Origin: an uncultured Planctomycetota bacterium | GTDB lineage: Bacteria > Planctomycetota > Planctomycetia > Gemmatales > Gemmataceae | Reading direction: 5' to 3' | DNA length: 64,000 nt | NCBI GenBank assembly: GCA_963783095.1 | Contig: CAWAMR010000018.1 | Coordinates: 9,920-73,919, forward strand | In this document: positions 49,878 to 60,935 of the stretch, piece after piece | Numbering within the stretch: the stretch's first letter is position 1 | Layout of the letters: each line of letters begins with the position of its first letter | Position numbers and translations under genes: made by a program | Notes under the pieces: generated by a model | Seen by the model: the letters and a program-made list of their open reading frames with translations, nothing else | Database searches by the model: none | What the model was told of the DNA's origin: nothing

Positions 49878-50759
49878 TCAATCGGTTTCGAGCAGTTCCT
49901 GCCAAGTTTTGACTTTGTGAATTCTCTCGATCATCCGGTCAAGTCGATCGAGTTCCTCCGCAGTGCCCAAGGCGGTCAATCGAGCGGTAACCGATTCGTC
50001 GGGAGGGCCTATTGACGCCTTGCCCAACCGCACAATCATTTTCTTGGCGTGTTCGATCGCCCCTTCTTCGAGGATGCCCATATAAGTTTCGGATTCACGC
50101 ATGGCTTTGACTCCTTGAAACATTTGCAGCGATAGCTGTTTGGGAATTCGCAATCCTGTGAGGACGTAGGCCGCAGTCAGCAACCTTCGAACTTGCTCGG
50201 GCGGTGCCTCAATTAGCAGTCGTTCGATGATCTGGTGAATCACTGCCGCCAACCCGGCTTCCAGATCAACTCCGGGTGGCAACTCTCCCAGCACGGCCAA
50301 CGGCAGAACGCCCACATCAGCCTTGAGCAGATCGGCAACGGGAATTTCCCAAAGCCGCACGACCTCGTAACGAAAATCCATTTTACCCCGTTCGGGACGA
50401 GGCGAATAGGCCACTGCTCCCTGAAGATTGCTGTGCGCAGCCTTTGGACGCAAAAGAACTGCGATGCTGTGGACCGGGACGAGGTACTGACGATATAGCA
50501 GCGCACTATATACGAGTACATCGGCATGCTTGGTCGCTGAGGCGCTGGCCTGAAAATCGAGATGCACGATTTCTTGAAGCGGAAGGCCAAGACCGAAGAC
50601 CAGGTCGGCAGCGGTGGTAACGGTGGATAAATCGATGTTGAGCAAGGATACCGGCAATGTTGGTGCGGCATCGAACGTGGTGAGTATACCGCGTGGGCTT
50701 ACCTTGCCCATGTCTTTCAGCGTGGCATCGAAAGGTAATGACATAAGAGCGTTCTCCAA
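49878..50759 (-). CDS. DUF4351-containing Rpn-family-like (putative recombination-promoting nuclease / transposase-like) protein
   Basis: C-terminal ...LLTAAYVLTGLRIPKQLSLQMFQGVKAMRESETYMGILEEGAIEHAKKMIVRLG resembles DUF4351; N-terminal family assignment is uncertain. Confidence 0.4.
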   Translation of the reverse strand: MENALMSLPFDATLKDMGKVSPRGILTTFDAAPTLPVSLLNIDLSTVTTAADLVFGLGLPLQEIVHLDFQASASATKHADVLVYSALLYRQYLVPVHSIAVLLRPKAAHSNLQGAVAYSPRPERGKMDFRYEVVRLWEIPVADLLKADVGVLPLAVLGELPPGVDLEAGLAAVIHQIIERLLIEAPPEQVRRLLTAAYVLTGLRIPKQLSLQMFQGVKAMRESETYMGILEEGAIEHAKKMIVRLGKASIGPPDESVTARLTALGTAEELDRLDRMIERIHKVKTWQELLETD

Positions 50760-50943
50760 CGTTTGCTGTGGTAGGTTACATTATCCACCCACATCTCGCT
50801 ATGACATACTCGCAGGAATTGTTCGCCCTATGCCGGAAAAAGTGTTGCATGAACGTGAAGAGAAGTTAAACTACATCTTCCTGCCAAGAGTACGTCATTC
50901 CATACCTGCCTTGTGTTCTTCCCTTTTCACTCCGGACATTACC

Positions 50944-52353
50944 ATGTTCCCCACCCGTTCCACTACCCTGTTGCTTTGCGTTCTTTTCGCCAATCTCGTC
51001 AGCGCTCAGGAGACCATCGGCTTTCGCACCGACGGCACGGGCCGGTATCCCAATGCTCAACCGCCAATATCGTGGGGGCCGGAGAAAAACGTCGTCTGGA
51101 AAATCAAACTGACCCAGAGCAATGCCATCCCAGTCATTCTCGGCGACAAACTCTTCACCTGCACCGATCCATGTGTGCTCCTCTGCATCAACAAGGCTGA
51201 TGGCAAAATACTCTGGCAACACGAATCCTTCTACAAGGAAATCGAACCATCCGATAATGAGAAGGTCCAAATCGAAGTCGAAAGGAAACAAGATGTCGTC
51301 CTTGCCGAGCAGCAATCTGCGCTCGAGAAGCGCATAAACATTTTGCGGAAAATGACCTCTTCGCTTCCGTATCTGCTTTCGGGGCTGTGCCTGCCGGTCA
51401 AAGTGATGGAGAAGGAGGCGAATGCCATCCGAAACAAACGCAAAGCGTTCACTACGCTCGAACGCTACAAGGAGCCTGGCAAGACAACCGGTGCTTATCA
51501 TCCTGTGGGCGGCTATACCTCTGCCACGCCGGTGACGGATGGTAAAAACGTCTACGTCATCTATGGCAACGGACTGGCAGCTGCTTACGATCTCGAAGGC
51601 AAACGCCTCTGGCTCAAACTGATCGAACACTCGACGGCCGCCTTTGGGCATGGCGCTTCGCCGGTCCTGGTCAAAGATAAACTGATCGTCCATTTCGCAG
51701 ACCTGGTCGCCCTGGACACCAAGGATGGCAGCGAAGTTTGGCGCACGAAGATATCGCCGAGCCACGGCACGTCCATGCCCACGCGCATCGGCGACGTCGA
51801 TGTCCTCATTCATCCAACCGGCCTGGCCATCCGCGTCGCCGACGGCAAGATTCTAGCCAAGAATCTTGGTTCGTGCGGCCCCAACTCGCCTCTTATCCAG
51901 GATGGCAAAGTTTACTTCATGGCGGGTCAGGCACGCGGATTTACGCTGCCAACCTCTCTGGAAGGGACGGCCGCCTGGGAGCCGCTCTGGAAACGAAAGG
52001 GCGCAAACATGAAGGGCGGCGGTTATTGGTTTCCTTCGCCCATCCTGTACGAAGACCTGCTTTATGCTCTGAATGCAACCGGAAATTTTACGGTGGTTGA
52101 TGCCAAGACCGGCGCGAAGATTTACGAGGACAAGTTGAACTTTGGCGGAGGCCAGTGCTATCCCAGCATTACTCTGGCGGGTAAATATCTATTCGTCAGC
52201 AGCGACAATGGTCGAACGCTCGTCCTGGAGCCGAGCCGAGAGTACAATGAGATCGCCAAAAACTCTTTGGAGACCTTCCGCAGTTCACCAGTGTTTGAGG
52301 GGAAGAGAATGTATGTCCGCACCGTCAAGCATCTGTGGTGCATCGGGGAATAG
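50944..52353 (+). CDS. Secreted PQQ-like beta-propeller repeat protein
   Basis: Signal MFPTRSTTLLLCVLFANLVSA, GFRTDGTGRYP...WGPEKNVVWK start, repeated blade motifs. Confidence 0.75.
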   Translation: MFPTRSTTLLLCVLFANLVSAQETIGFRTDGTGRYPNAQPPISWGPEKNVVWKIKLTQSNAIPVILGDKLFTCTDPCVLLCINKADGKILWQHESFYKEIEPSDNEKVQIEVERKQDVVLAEQQSALEKRINILRKMTSSLPYLLSGLCLPVKVMEKEANAIRNKRKAFTTLERYKEPGKTTGAYHPVGGYTSATPVTDGKNVYVIYGNGLAAAYDLEGKRLWLKLIEHSTAAFGHGASPVLVKDKLIVHFADLVALDTKDGSEVWRTKISPSHGTSMPTRIGDVDVLIHPTGLAIRVADGKILAKNLGSCGPNSPLIQDGKVYFMAGQARGFTLPTSLEGTAAWEPLWKRKGANMKGGGYWFPSPILYEDLLYALNATGNFTVVDAKTGAKIYEDKLNFGGGQCYPSITLAGKYLFVSSDNGRTLVLEPSREYNEIAKNSLETFRSSPVFEGKRMYVRTVKHLWCIGE

Positions 52354-52365
52354 GTCGGCGAATTC

Positions 52366-52530
52366 TTGTAGGGCGGGTCGAGGCTTTGCGAGGCCCGCCA
52401 GAACTACGAACACCTGAAGCCGATCATGGAAGTCAGCGAATTCTTGTAGGCCGGGTCGAGGCTTTGCGAGGCCCGCCAGAGTGAGAGCTGCTTCATGGCG
52501 GGCCTCGCAAAGCCTCGACCCGCCCTACCT
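52366..52530. repeat. REP-like element: two direct copies and one inverted copy of a ~45 nt GC-rich palindromic unit
   Basis: gcgaattcttgtagg.cgggtcgaggctttgcgaggcccgccaga x2, then ctggcgggcctcgcaaagcctcgacccgccctac. Confidence 0.55.
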
Positions 52531-52565
52531 CGAATCCGCACATGAGCGGTTTCGCAGCCAGGCTT

Positions 52566-53825
52566 CTATCGTGTGCCGACTTCTCGCTTCTCCTCTATTT
52601 GAGACCTCTCCGTCGCGGAGGCGGGAATGACTTCGCTTTCGGCCAGTCCAAGCCCAGCGCGGATTTCTACGAAATTCAACACATCTCGCAAAGTCAGTAG
52701 CCCCACAAGTTTCCCGTTATCCAGCACGGCCAATCGACTCTCCCCGCTTTCTGCCAGTTTTCGCCAGGCGCGAATGACCGATTGGGTCGGGTGGAGAACG
52801 GGTAAAGATGATCGTCGCTCGATGACATCCGATACGTGCAACTCATCCCATTGAACCGCGCTCGACTTCTTGAGCCGCTCGTAGAGTCAGCAAGCCCAGA
52901 AATCGACCGTCCTCGACCACGGGATAAGCCTTGTGAGAGTATCGCGTGAAATACCGGTACACGGCTTCGTGTACCGTCAGTTGCGAGTCAATGGTAATCG
53001 GGTTGCGGTTCATGATCTCCGCAACCGTAACCCCGTGCAATAACTGCTGAAGTTGAGCATAGCCCATGCTCGATTGGGCAGCGCTTCGTAAAAACATTCC
53101 CAGGAAGAAGAGCCACAAGCCTCCGATCAAGTTGCCCCCAATTACCGAAAAAAATCCGCCGATGAACATCAGGTACGAAAAAAGTATGCCAATTCCGCCG
53201 GCAATGCGCGTCCCGGTCAGGTAGTCGCCGGTGGCACCCCAGATGATCCCGCGCAGGATTCTTCCACCGTCCAGAGGAAACGCAGGGATGAGATTGAAAA
53301 TCAACAGCACCAGGTTGATCATTGTCAGGTAAAACAGCAAGCCGGCGGCACCTAGGGCAACCAATGATTCGCCTGTTAACTGGAATTGGTTGCCTTCAAA
53401 CTCCCAGGAGATGTTGTTGGCGCTGAGCACCAGGGTCAGGGCAACCCCAAAGAGGCCGATCAATCCGAGGGTGACGAGCGGCCCGGCCGCGGCAATAGCG
53501 ATCTCGTGACTGGGTTTCTTGGGGTCGCCTCGAAATTCGGCGATACCGCCAAAAACAAAGAACCGAATTCCATGAACCGATACTCCCAATCGCCGCGCAG
53601 CAGCGCATGACCCATCTCATGAAGAAGCACTGAACCAAAAAGGGCCAGCGCAGCGATCACGCCCAAAGCCCAGTACACCTCGGGTTTATTCTGATATTGC
53701 GGAAGAGTTTCGGGGAAATAACCGATGGAGAGCGTCCAAACGATCAGAAAGACGGCCAGGAACCAACTCCAGTGCAGCCGAAACGGTATTCCGAATATTT
53801 TCCCAAGATAAATGTCGCCTGACAT
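52566..53825 (-). CDS. Site-2 protease (M50 family) with C-terminal CBS domain pair; two apparent frameshifts (~52845, ~53590)
   Basis: HEMGHAL (HExxH) in ORF 53460..53825; NLIPAFPLDGGRIL and TM core in ORF 52843..53589; CBS residues in ORF 52566..52841. Confidence 0.75.
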
Positions 53826-54353
53826 GGTCGTTCCTCTATGTGGATGACGTCACTCCTACCGTTGAGCAATGTGCGTGTTGCCAAATGAGTTCTTGCGGAC
53901 CACTTCACGACTAAAACAGAGCAAAATCGATGCCACTCCCGTCAGGGCCTCGGGTTTGTACGCCAAAATCAGCCATTCTACGCCAACCCAAGCGTATGAA
54001 GTGCACATCCCTGTTTTTGGCCGCCAGTGCTTGACAATTGAAATTACGTACACTATTATGAATTATGGGTAAGGTTATGTTGACGGAGATAGTTTGAAAG
54101 ATATGCGGACCAAAAAGTCAATCTGCTACAGAATGCATCAAAAGTGAAAACGCTTGGGAGCCAAAAATCGGTATTGAGGGGTTTTTCATCAGCCCGCCCG
54201 GAGCTTCTTTGCCATGAGCTGCCTCTTGTCGTCAGTGCACAGGAGTTCGACAATCACTCCGGTGGATCGTTTCCCTCACTCAAACGTCTTGAAAAATTCG
54301 GCCGATGCGTCATTGGCCGATGAATTTGACGCTGAATCGCATAGAGGAGTTTG

Positions 54354-54929
54354 ATGGACTCCGATGGCACGGCTTCTGCCCCGAACCTGGAGCGCTTTCG
54401 GGAATACCTCCGCCTGTTAGCCAGGCTTCAGTTGGATCCTCGTCTCCAGGGAAAAGTCGATCTCTCTGGTGTCGTGCAGCAAACCTTGCTGGAAGCCTAT
54501 CAGGCGCAGGAACAACTGCGGACCATGGACGATGCCCGGCAGGCGGCCTGGCTGCGACGAGCTTTGGCAAACAACTTGACCGATGAAGTTCGACGGCTCG
54601 GCCGAGTATCGCGCAATCTGAGACTCGAGCAATCTCTTGAGGCCGCTTTGGAGTCCTCATCGTGCCGGTTGGAAAGTTTATTGGCATCGGAACAGAGTTC
54701 ACCCAGCGAGCAGTTGATCCGAAACGAACAACTGTTGCTGCTCGCCAATGCGCTGAACCAGTTGCCGGATGACCAGCAAACTGCGGTGATCCGGCATCAC
54801 CTGCAAGGCTGCCCCCTGGCGGAGATTGCACAGGAGCTGAACCGAAGTAAGGGTGCCATCGGTGCACTTCTGCTTCGAGCCATGAAGAAGCTGCGACAAT
54901 TGCTCGAAGAACCCCATGCGGATGCATAA
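54354..54929 (+). CDS. ECF-type RNA polymerase sigma factor
   Basis: Region-2-like DLSGVVQQTLLEAYQ and region-4 HTH LPDDQQTAVIRHHLQGCPLAEIAQELNRSKGAIGALLLRAMKKLR; its stop overlaps the kinase start (TAATG). Confidence 0.75.
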   Translation: MDSDGTASAPNLERFREYLRLLARLQLDPRLQGKVDLSGVVQQTLLEAYQAQEQLRTMDDARQAAWLRRALANNLTDEVRRLGRVSRNLRLEQSLEAALESSSCRLESLLASEQSSPSEQLIRNEQLLLLANALNQLPDDQQTAVIRHHLQGCPLAEIAQELNRSKGAIGALLLRAMKKLRQLLEEPHADA

Positions 54930-57900
54930 TGGATTACGCCACAGAAACTTTCGACGACCGGGAAGAACGGCTCGGCGAGCTTTTTTCGGACTGGCTTGAA
55001 GTTCTGGAGTCGGGCCAGTCGCCCGATCGGCAAGAATGGCTGGCCCGTTATCCGGAATATGCCTCCGAGCTGGAAGAGTTTCTCGCCGATGAGGACCGAA
55101 TGCGGTCTCTCGCAGCACCGTTGCGAGAAGCAGCCCAGGCCGCATTCGTCGCCACGCCTTTGCCCTGGGAAACCCTCTCTCCACAGTGTCTCTGGAAGAA
55201 CCTCAACCCGGTTCTTTTGGAGACTACGAGTTGTTGGAAGAAATCGGGCGAGGCGGCATGGCGGTTGTTTTACCGCGCCCGGCAAAAGGGGTTGGAACGA
55301 TTCGTTGCCCTGAAACTCTTCCGCACCGATCGACTCGGTCGAGTGACGGATCTCGAGCGCCTTTCGGCATGAGGCGCAATCGTCGCGCAGCTGGATCATC
55401 CTCTGGTTGTGCCGATCCACGAAGTGGGGGAACACCAGGGGTATATCTATTTCACGATGAAGTTGATCGAGGGTGGAAGCCTCGATGCCCATCTGGCTCG
55501 AATTCATCGCCGACCCTGCGCCGCTGCCCGCCTGATGGCAGCTATCGCCAGGGCTGTGAATCATGCTCATCAGCCAGGCATTCTGCACCGCGACCTCAAA
55601 CCTTCCAATATCCTCGTCACCGGATCGCTCAATGATCCTCTCGACCTTCTGATTCCGCACATCAGTGATTTTGGTCTCGCAAAGCGTTTAGACACCGATA
55701 TGAGTCTCACTCAAACCGGAGCGGTGGTGGGCACTCCTGCCTACATGGCACCCGAACAAGCTGCGAATGAAAAGAACGCCGTCACAACCGCGACCGATGT
55801 CTATGGCCTGGGAGCTATTCTTTATGCCTTACAAACGGGAAAGCACCCTTCCGAGGCGAATCGGTCCTCGAAACATTGGCCCAGGTAAAGGAACGCGAAC
55901 CCGAACCTCCCGGGCGGATCAATCCGAAGGTGCCGCGCGATCTTGAGACGATTTGCTTGAAGTGCCTCAGAAAGGAGCCGCTTCGACGATATGAATCGGC
56001 GTCGGCTCTGGCCGATGATCTGGAACGCTGGCTCAAGGGAGAACCGATCTGGGCGCGGCCGGTCGGTCGGGTGGAACGGCTATGGCGCCGGTGCCGCCGG
56101 CAGCCGATCCAGGACGCCGTCAGCGGGACTAATCCTGGCAGTAGTAGTTGGATTCATCCTGGTCCTTTGGCAATGGCGGCGAGCCGAGGACAACTTCGTC
56201 CGGGCAGATGAGAACTACCTTTCCGCAGAACGGCACCGAGAGGAGGCCGCAACGCGCGGCGTCGAGTCGGACGAGAGCTTCCGTCTGGCGCATGACGTGG
56301 TCCGGGATTTTACCGGAATCCTGGAGGAAAGCGGGCAGCTTGAAAACCGTGGATTGGACCCCATCCGACGAGAACTGCTGCTGAAAGTACAAAGCTACTA
56401 CCGGAGGTTCCTCGAACAGCGGAAACATGATCCCACACTCAAGCTGGAACTTGCCCAAGCTTCGGCAACTCTTGCCGATATCATCCGTCAGATCGGCACG
56501 CCGCAAGAAGCTCTCGAAGCCTACGTAGAAGCCAGAGACCAAGCGCCTGAAGCTGGCGCAGGACGATCCCAATAATGTGTCGATTCAACTGGCTCTGGCT
56601 GAATTGCATAACCATCTAGGATCGGTTTATGCCTTGCTTGGCCGGCCGGAAGATTCTCTTGAGTCCATGAAAGAAACGAGACGAATACTCGATGCCCTCC
56701 TGATCGCGCATCCGGATGACAGTTCGGTTCAGGTTAAACTGGCCCAGACACTTCACAATGTGGGAATGCATCACTCGAATTCCAACCGTGTGCAGGAGGC
56801 GATGCGATGCTATGCCGATGCCGAACAGATTCTGGAAAAACTGCTCAACTGGCAGCCTGACGACGTTAATGTTCGGAGAAATCTGGCCAACACCCTCAAT
56901 AGCATAGGCCTAGCCTATTCTCGGCAGGGCAAGATTACGGATGCCTTGCAGAACCTGTGCAGGGCCGTTGACCTGAGCGATCGGATCGCGCAGTCCAATC
57001 CCAACGATCGGCTGTTGCAGCACGTCTTCGCGTTTTATCTATGTAATCTTGGCGAATGCCTTTGCAAACTTGAGAATCCAAAAGAGGCGCTGACCCATTT
57101 CAACCGTGCCCGAGGCATCCTCGAAGACCTGGCATGCGAACCCATCAATCGCATCCATCCAGGCGACTCTTGGGAGGTGCTGTTCGCTTATGGCCCGCGC
57201 CTCGATCGATGTCAATGATCTTGATCGGGCAGCAGAATCCCATAACCGCGCCAAGGCGGTTTTCAGGCAACTGACAAAAGACTACCCGAATAGCCTCGAA
57301 TATCCGTATCGGCTGATCCTGGTTTTGATCGAGATCGCTCAAACCCATACCAGGTTCAAACAACTCAAGCAGGCAGATGATGTGTATGAGGAAGCTCGCG
57401 ACGTCAGTGTTCGGCTCGTGGAGATGTTCCCGGACGAGTCAAAATACCTCGCCCAACTGGCGGGAATTCTTCACGATTTGTCGGCCGGGCAAGCGGATCA
57501 GGGTCGGTTCGGGGATGCACGAGAGATGATTCTCCAGGCCATCAAGCACACAACTCGACTGCTGGAAAAAGACCCATCCGATGTTAATCAGCGACATCAA
57601 TTGAGCAACCATTATGCTTTTCTCGCCTATTTCAACCGCGAGCTGGGACGGATCGATGAGGCAATAGACGCAGCGGACAAACGGCTGAAACTGTGGTCGA
57701 AGGAGCCGATTGAGTTGTATGGTGTCGCAGCGGACTATGCCCTCACGGGTGCTGCTGCCAAAACCGACATGAAGTTGCAACTGCGTTGTGCCGATCTCGC
57801 TATCGAGACGCTTCATCGCGCGATCAAAGCCGGCTATCATGATGTCGAGCACGCCCAGACGAATCCCCAACTGGACTTTATACGTTCTCGGCCGGAGTTC

Positions 57901-57954
57901 CAGAAACTGCTGACCGAAATGAGCAAGATTCCGCGACAACTGAAGAAAGAATAG
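54929..57954 (+). CDS. Ser/Thr protein kinase with TM segment and C-terminal TPR repeats, ECF-coupled; at least five apparent frameshifts
   Basis: [18 protein letters not shown] (Gly loop), [11 protein letters not shown] (catalytic loop), DFGLAK, and GTPAYMAPE, spread over ORFs 54929, 55186, 55409, 55876 and 55991. TPR in ORFs 56577..57218 and 57106..57954. Confidence 0.7.
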
Positions 57955-58039
57955 CAAGCCAAAGGCCAGAAGATACGAACGGTTCAAACCAACTGGCCAT
58001 TGACGCGTCTGGCGGAAAGTTTGGGCGAACTAAAGTGAA

Positions 58040-58115
58040 AGATTTCCGCTTACTACGTGTCGCGGCTCTCTCCGAGAGCTAAAGAGCCTGCGCACGTAGT
58101 AAGCGGTTGCGGGCA
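58040..58115. terminator. Putative bidirectional terminator hairpin between convergent genes
   Basis: ccgcttactacgtg ... cacgtagtaagcgg stem followed by ttttgtttttgcc. Confidence 0.5.
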
Positions 58116-58136
58116 ATTTTGTTTTTGCCGCTCGCC

Positions 58137-59631
58137 TTACTTTCCGAACGCATAAAGATGTTTGGCCGTTCGGATGTACAAAGTGTTGTCGGCGATCGCC
58201 GGGGTTGCTGCCACGCGCTCGCCCAGTTTCGGGTTCTTGACGACAACCTCCGGCGCATCGGTGCCTGCCTTGAGAACCGTTACCGTGCCGTCGTCGAGCG
58301 TCGTGAAATAAATGTTGCCGTTGGCAGCCACGGGCGAGGCATAGTATCTGCCGGCGGCAACGGCTCGATCGAGGAGGTAGATCTCTTTGCCTGACTTTGC
58401 ATTATAGGCAGTCAGCAACCCGCCATCCTTCACCATGAGAAGCTGGTTGCGATAGACGATCGCGGAAGGTACGTAGGGTAATCCCTTGGTTTTCTTCCAG
58501 AGTAAATGGGTCTTGCTCACATCTCCGGTTCCACCCGCCTTGAGGGCAAATGCGCTGTTTTTCGATGCCGACATGTATTTCATGGAAGCATCCCACTCGT
58601 CGCGGGTCAACTTGCCGTCTTTGTTCGTATCGTTGTTGTCGAAGAACCCTTTGAGCATGGTTTTTTCGGACCCGGGTTTGGTCAGATACCCCTGCTTCTG
58701 CTCACCTGCCTGCTTGAGGATGTCGTCGAAGGACGGCATCTTGAAATCTTTCTCCTCGGGATCGCCCGGCGACCAGCCTGCAAAGAACAGAGTACCATCG
58801 ACCACCGAAGGAGATGCGCAGCACGCAGAAGGCATTCCGGCAACCGACCATTTCTCGTCCCCCGTCTTCAGATCGTAGCCGATCATCCGTCCGAAACCTG
58901 CGGCAACCACTTGTTTGCCGGCTGGGGTGTCCCAGATAACCGGCGTGGCAAACGAAGTGGGAGATTGGCGTTTCTTTTCCCATTTCAACTTCCCGGTTGC
59001 GGCGTCGATCGCCAGGATTTTCGCATCCTTGGTTTCATCGCGCACAAGGACGACGACCCCGTCGGCCAGCACCGGCGAAACGCCCGTGCCGAAGTCCGCG
59101 AACGTGACAGCGGTCGGGAGGTCGTACTTCCAGAGTTGCTTTCCGTACAGGTCATAGCAGAACAACCCGCACGAGCCAAAATACGATACAATCCGCTCCC
59201 CATCGGTCACGGCAGTCGACGCCGCCGGGCTTCCTTCCGTCTTGTGATATGCTTCGATCTTTTTTGCGGGTGCTTCAGCGCCAGACCTCTTTTCCATCGG
59301 TACGCCGATAGGCGATCGTATACAGTTTCCCATCGTCAAACGCAGTAATGATCAGGTTCTCACCTGCCACGATCGGTGATGAGAAGCCGCTTGGAACCGG
59401 AACCTTCCATTTGACATTCTTCTGAGGGCCTAACTCTATCGGTGGTTTTTGATCGTCCGCCACTCCCGATCCACTCGGTCCACGAAACTGCGACCAGGCA
59501 AGAGGCCCCTCCGCAGCATGTGCTGACCGCGCGAGCAATCCGAGTAGCGCAATAGCTATCAATCTCTTCATCACTATTCCCTCCGAAGTTTTGGATGCCG
59601 CCCGGGAGAGGTGGGGGATTCCTTGAGACAT
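58137..59631 (-). CDS. Secreted PQQ-like beta-propeller protein with an inserted EF-hand-like Ca-binding loop; apparent frameshift near 59300
   Basis: Signal MKRLIAIALLGLLARSAHA; blades (ITAFDDGKLYT, TLFFAGWSPGD); DTNKDGKLTRDEWD is a canonical EF-hand loop pattern. Confidence 0.7.
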
Positions 59632-59911
59632 GGATCTTGTCGATTGCCTATCAGGAATGATCCATGATAGCCAATTGAAAGCCTATCTTTTGTGGCGATA
59701 ATCGGCAATATCGAACCGATCCGGTAACGGTTCCATTCGACCGTTTGAGAAAGATTAACAAATTCTCAGTCCCGGCGTCATCATTTCTGAATTTCATCGC
59801 TTCTCCAATAGAGACCGCAATGAGTTCTTTCCTCCGAGCGGAGCTGGGCTGCTCAAAATTCGGAGAAGGCGACTTCATTTTTTGAAATGCCCCCTTGGGT
59901 GAGGACTTTCC

Positions 59912-60316
59912 ATGATTCGCTTGAGTGCCAAGGCAGTTGTTGTCCTTTTCTTGGCGAGCCACGCTCACGCGCAGCCTGGGATTACCGGGCGCGGCATCAA
60001 CGGCGGGATTCAGGGCGGCTTTCAAGGTCAGCCGGCGATGGGGATCACCGGCATTCAAGGCCGCCCAGCCATGGGGATAAACGGAAATTTCAATGGTGGC
60101 ATCACTGGAAATCCGGCGATGGGGATTAACGGTACCGGGATCACCGGAATGCCGGCCATGGGGATCAATGGCGGCATGCCGGGAAACATGACAGGCAATC
60201 CTGGAATGGGAATGACAGGGAATGGCCCCGGCAACATGATGGGTAACGGCAATATGGGGATGCCGGGCGGCATGCCCGGAGCCGGCGAGAAGCAGTGGCA
60301 ATGCACGAGTTTGTAA
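59912..60316 (+). CDS. Small secreted Gly/Met-rich repetitive protein
   Basis: Signal MIRLSAKAVVVLFLASHAHA, then PAMGI(T/N)G repeats and GNMTGNPGMGMTGNGPGNMMGNGNMGMPGGMPG. Confidence 0.55.
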   Translation: MIRLSAKAVVVLFLASHAHAQPGITGRGINGGIQGGFQGQPAMGITGIQGRPAMGINGNFNGGITGNPAMGINGTGITGMPAMGINGGMPGNMTGNPGMGMTGNGPGNMMGNGNMGMPGGMPGAGEKQWQCTSL

Positions 60317-60359
60317 AGCGATCGTAGCGACCGGACCCACGCCTCCGAAAATTGACAAA

Positions 60360-60594
60360 TGTCCCCAGTGCGGTACGCGCATCGGCTACTATCAGGACGG
60401 CACGGGCAAGCACGACATGCCCGATTCGGAAGGCTCGATCGGCAACAGCAAGGTCTTGAAGATTGTCCTCGGCGTTGTCGTCGGCGCGGGCGTCGTGATC
60501 GGGATCATTGTGGGAATCGTGAAGGGAACTTCTTCCGGGAAAAAGAAGAAACGCCGAAAACGTATCCCAAGCAATGACTGGTAAGGCGCATTTC
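60360..60594 (+). CDS. Possible small CPxCG-motif membrane protein with polybasic tail; no canonical start codon found
   Basis: Frame reads ...KCPQCGTRIGYYQDGTGKHDMPDSEGSIGNSKVLKIVLGVVVGAGVVIGIIVGIVKGTSSGKKKKRRKRIPSNDW*. May be joined to the upstream gene by an indel, or spurious. Confidence 0.25.
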
Positions 60595-60686
60595 TTGCTG
60601 ACCAAAGCCCTACACAAAATCGAAACTCGCGTCATTGATCAACGAGGAGAGAGTTTCTGTCTCGATACCAGGATCAAAATTCACAT

Positions 60687-60881
60687 ATGCCGTTCACGTT
60701 GAAATGTCCCAATTGTCGGGCCGGATTAAACTCTCCAGTCGAAATTCCCACTGGGAAATCGATCCGCTGCCCTCGATGCAAAACGGAATTCAAAGTCACA
60801 AATCAGACGGGGAACAACGACGACGTACAGCATACCGCCAAACGCAAAAACCCCGTCGGCAGCAGCGACTTCCAAGGCTAA
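60687..60881 (+). CDS. Small zinc-ribbon protein
   Basis: MPFTLKCPNCRAGLNSP...IRCPRCKTEF (two CxxC pairs). Confidence 0.55.
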   Translation: MPFTLKCPNCRAGLNSPVEIPTGKSIRCPRCKTEFKVTNQTGNNDDVQHTAKRKNPVGSSDFQG

Positions 60882-60935
60882 TTCCACCTCGGAGCAATTG
60901 AAGGAAACCGAATCAAGGAAGAAGCGGCAATAAAG

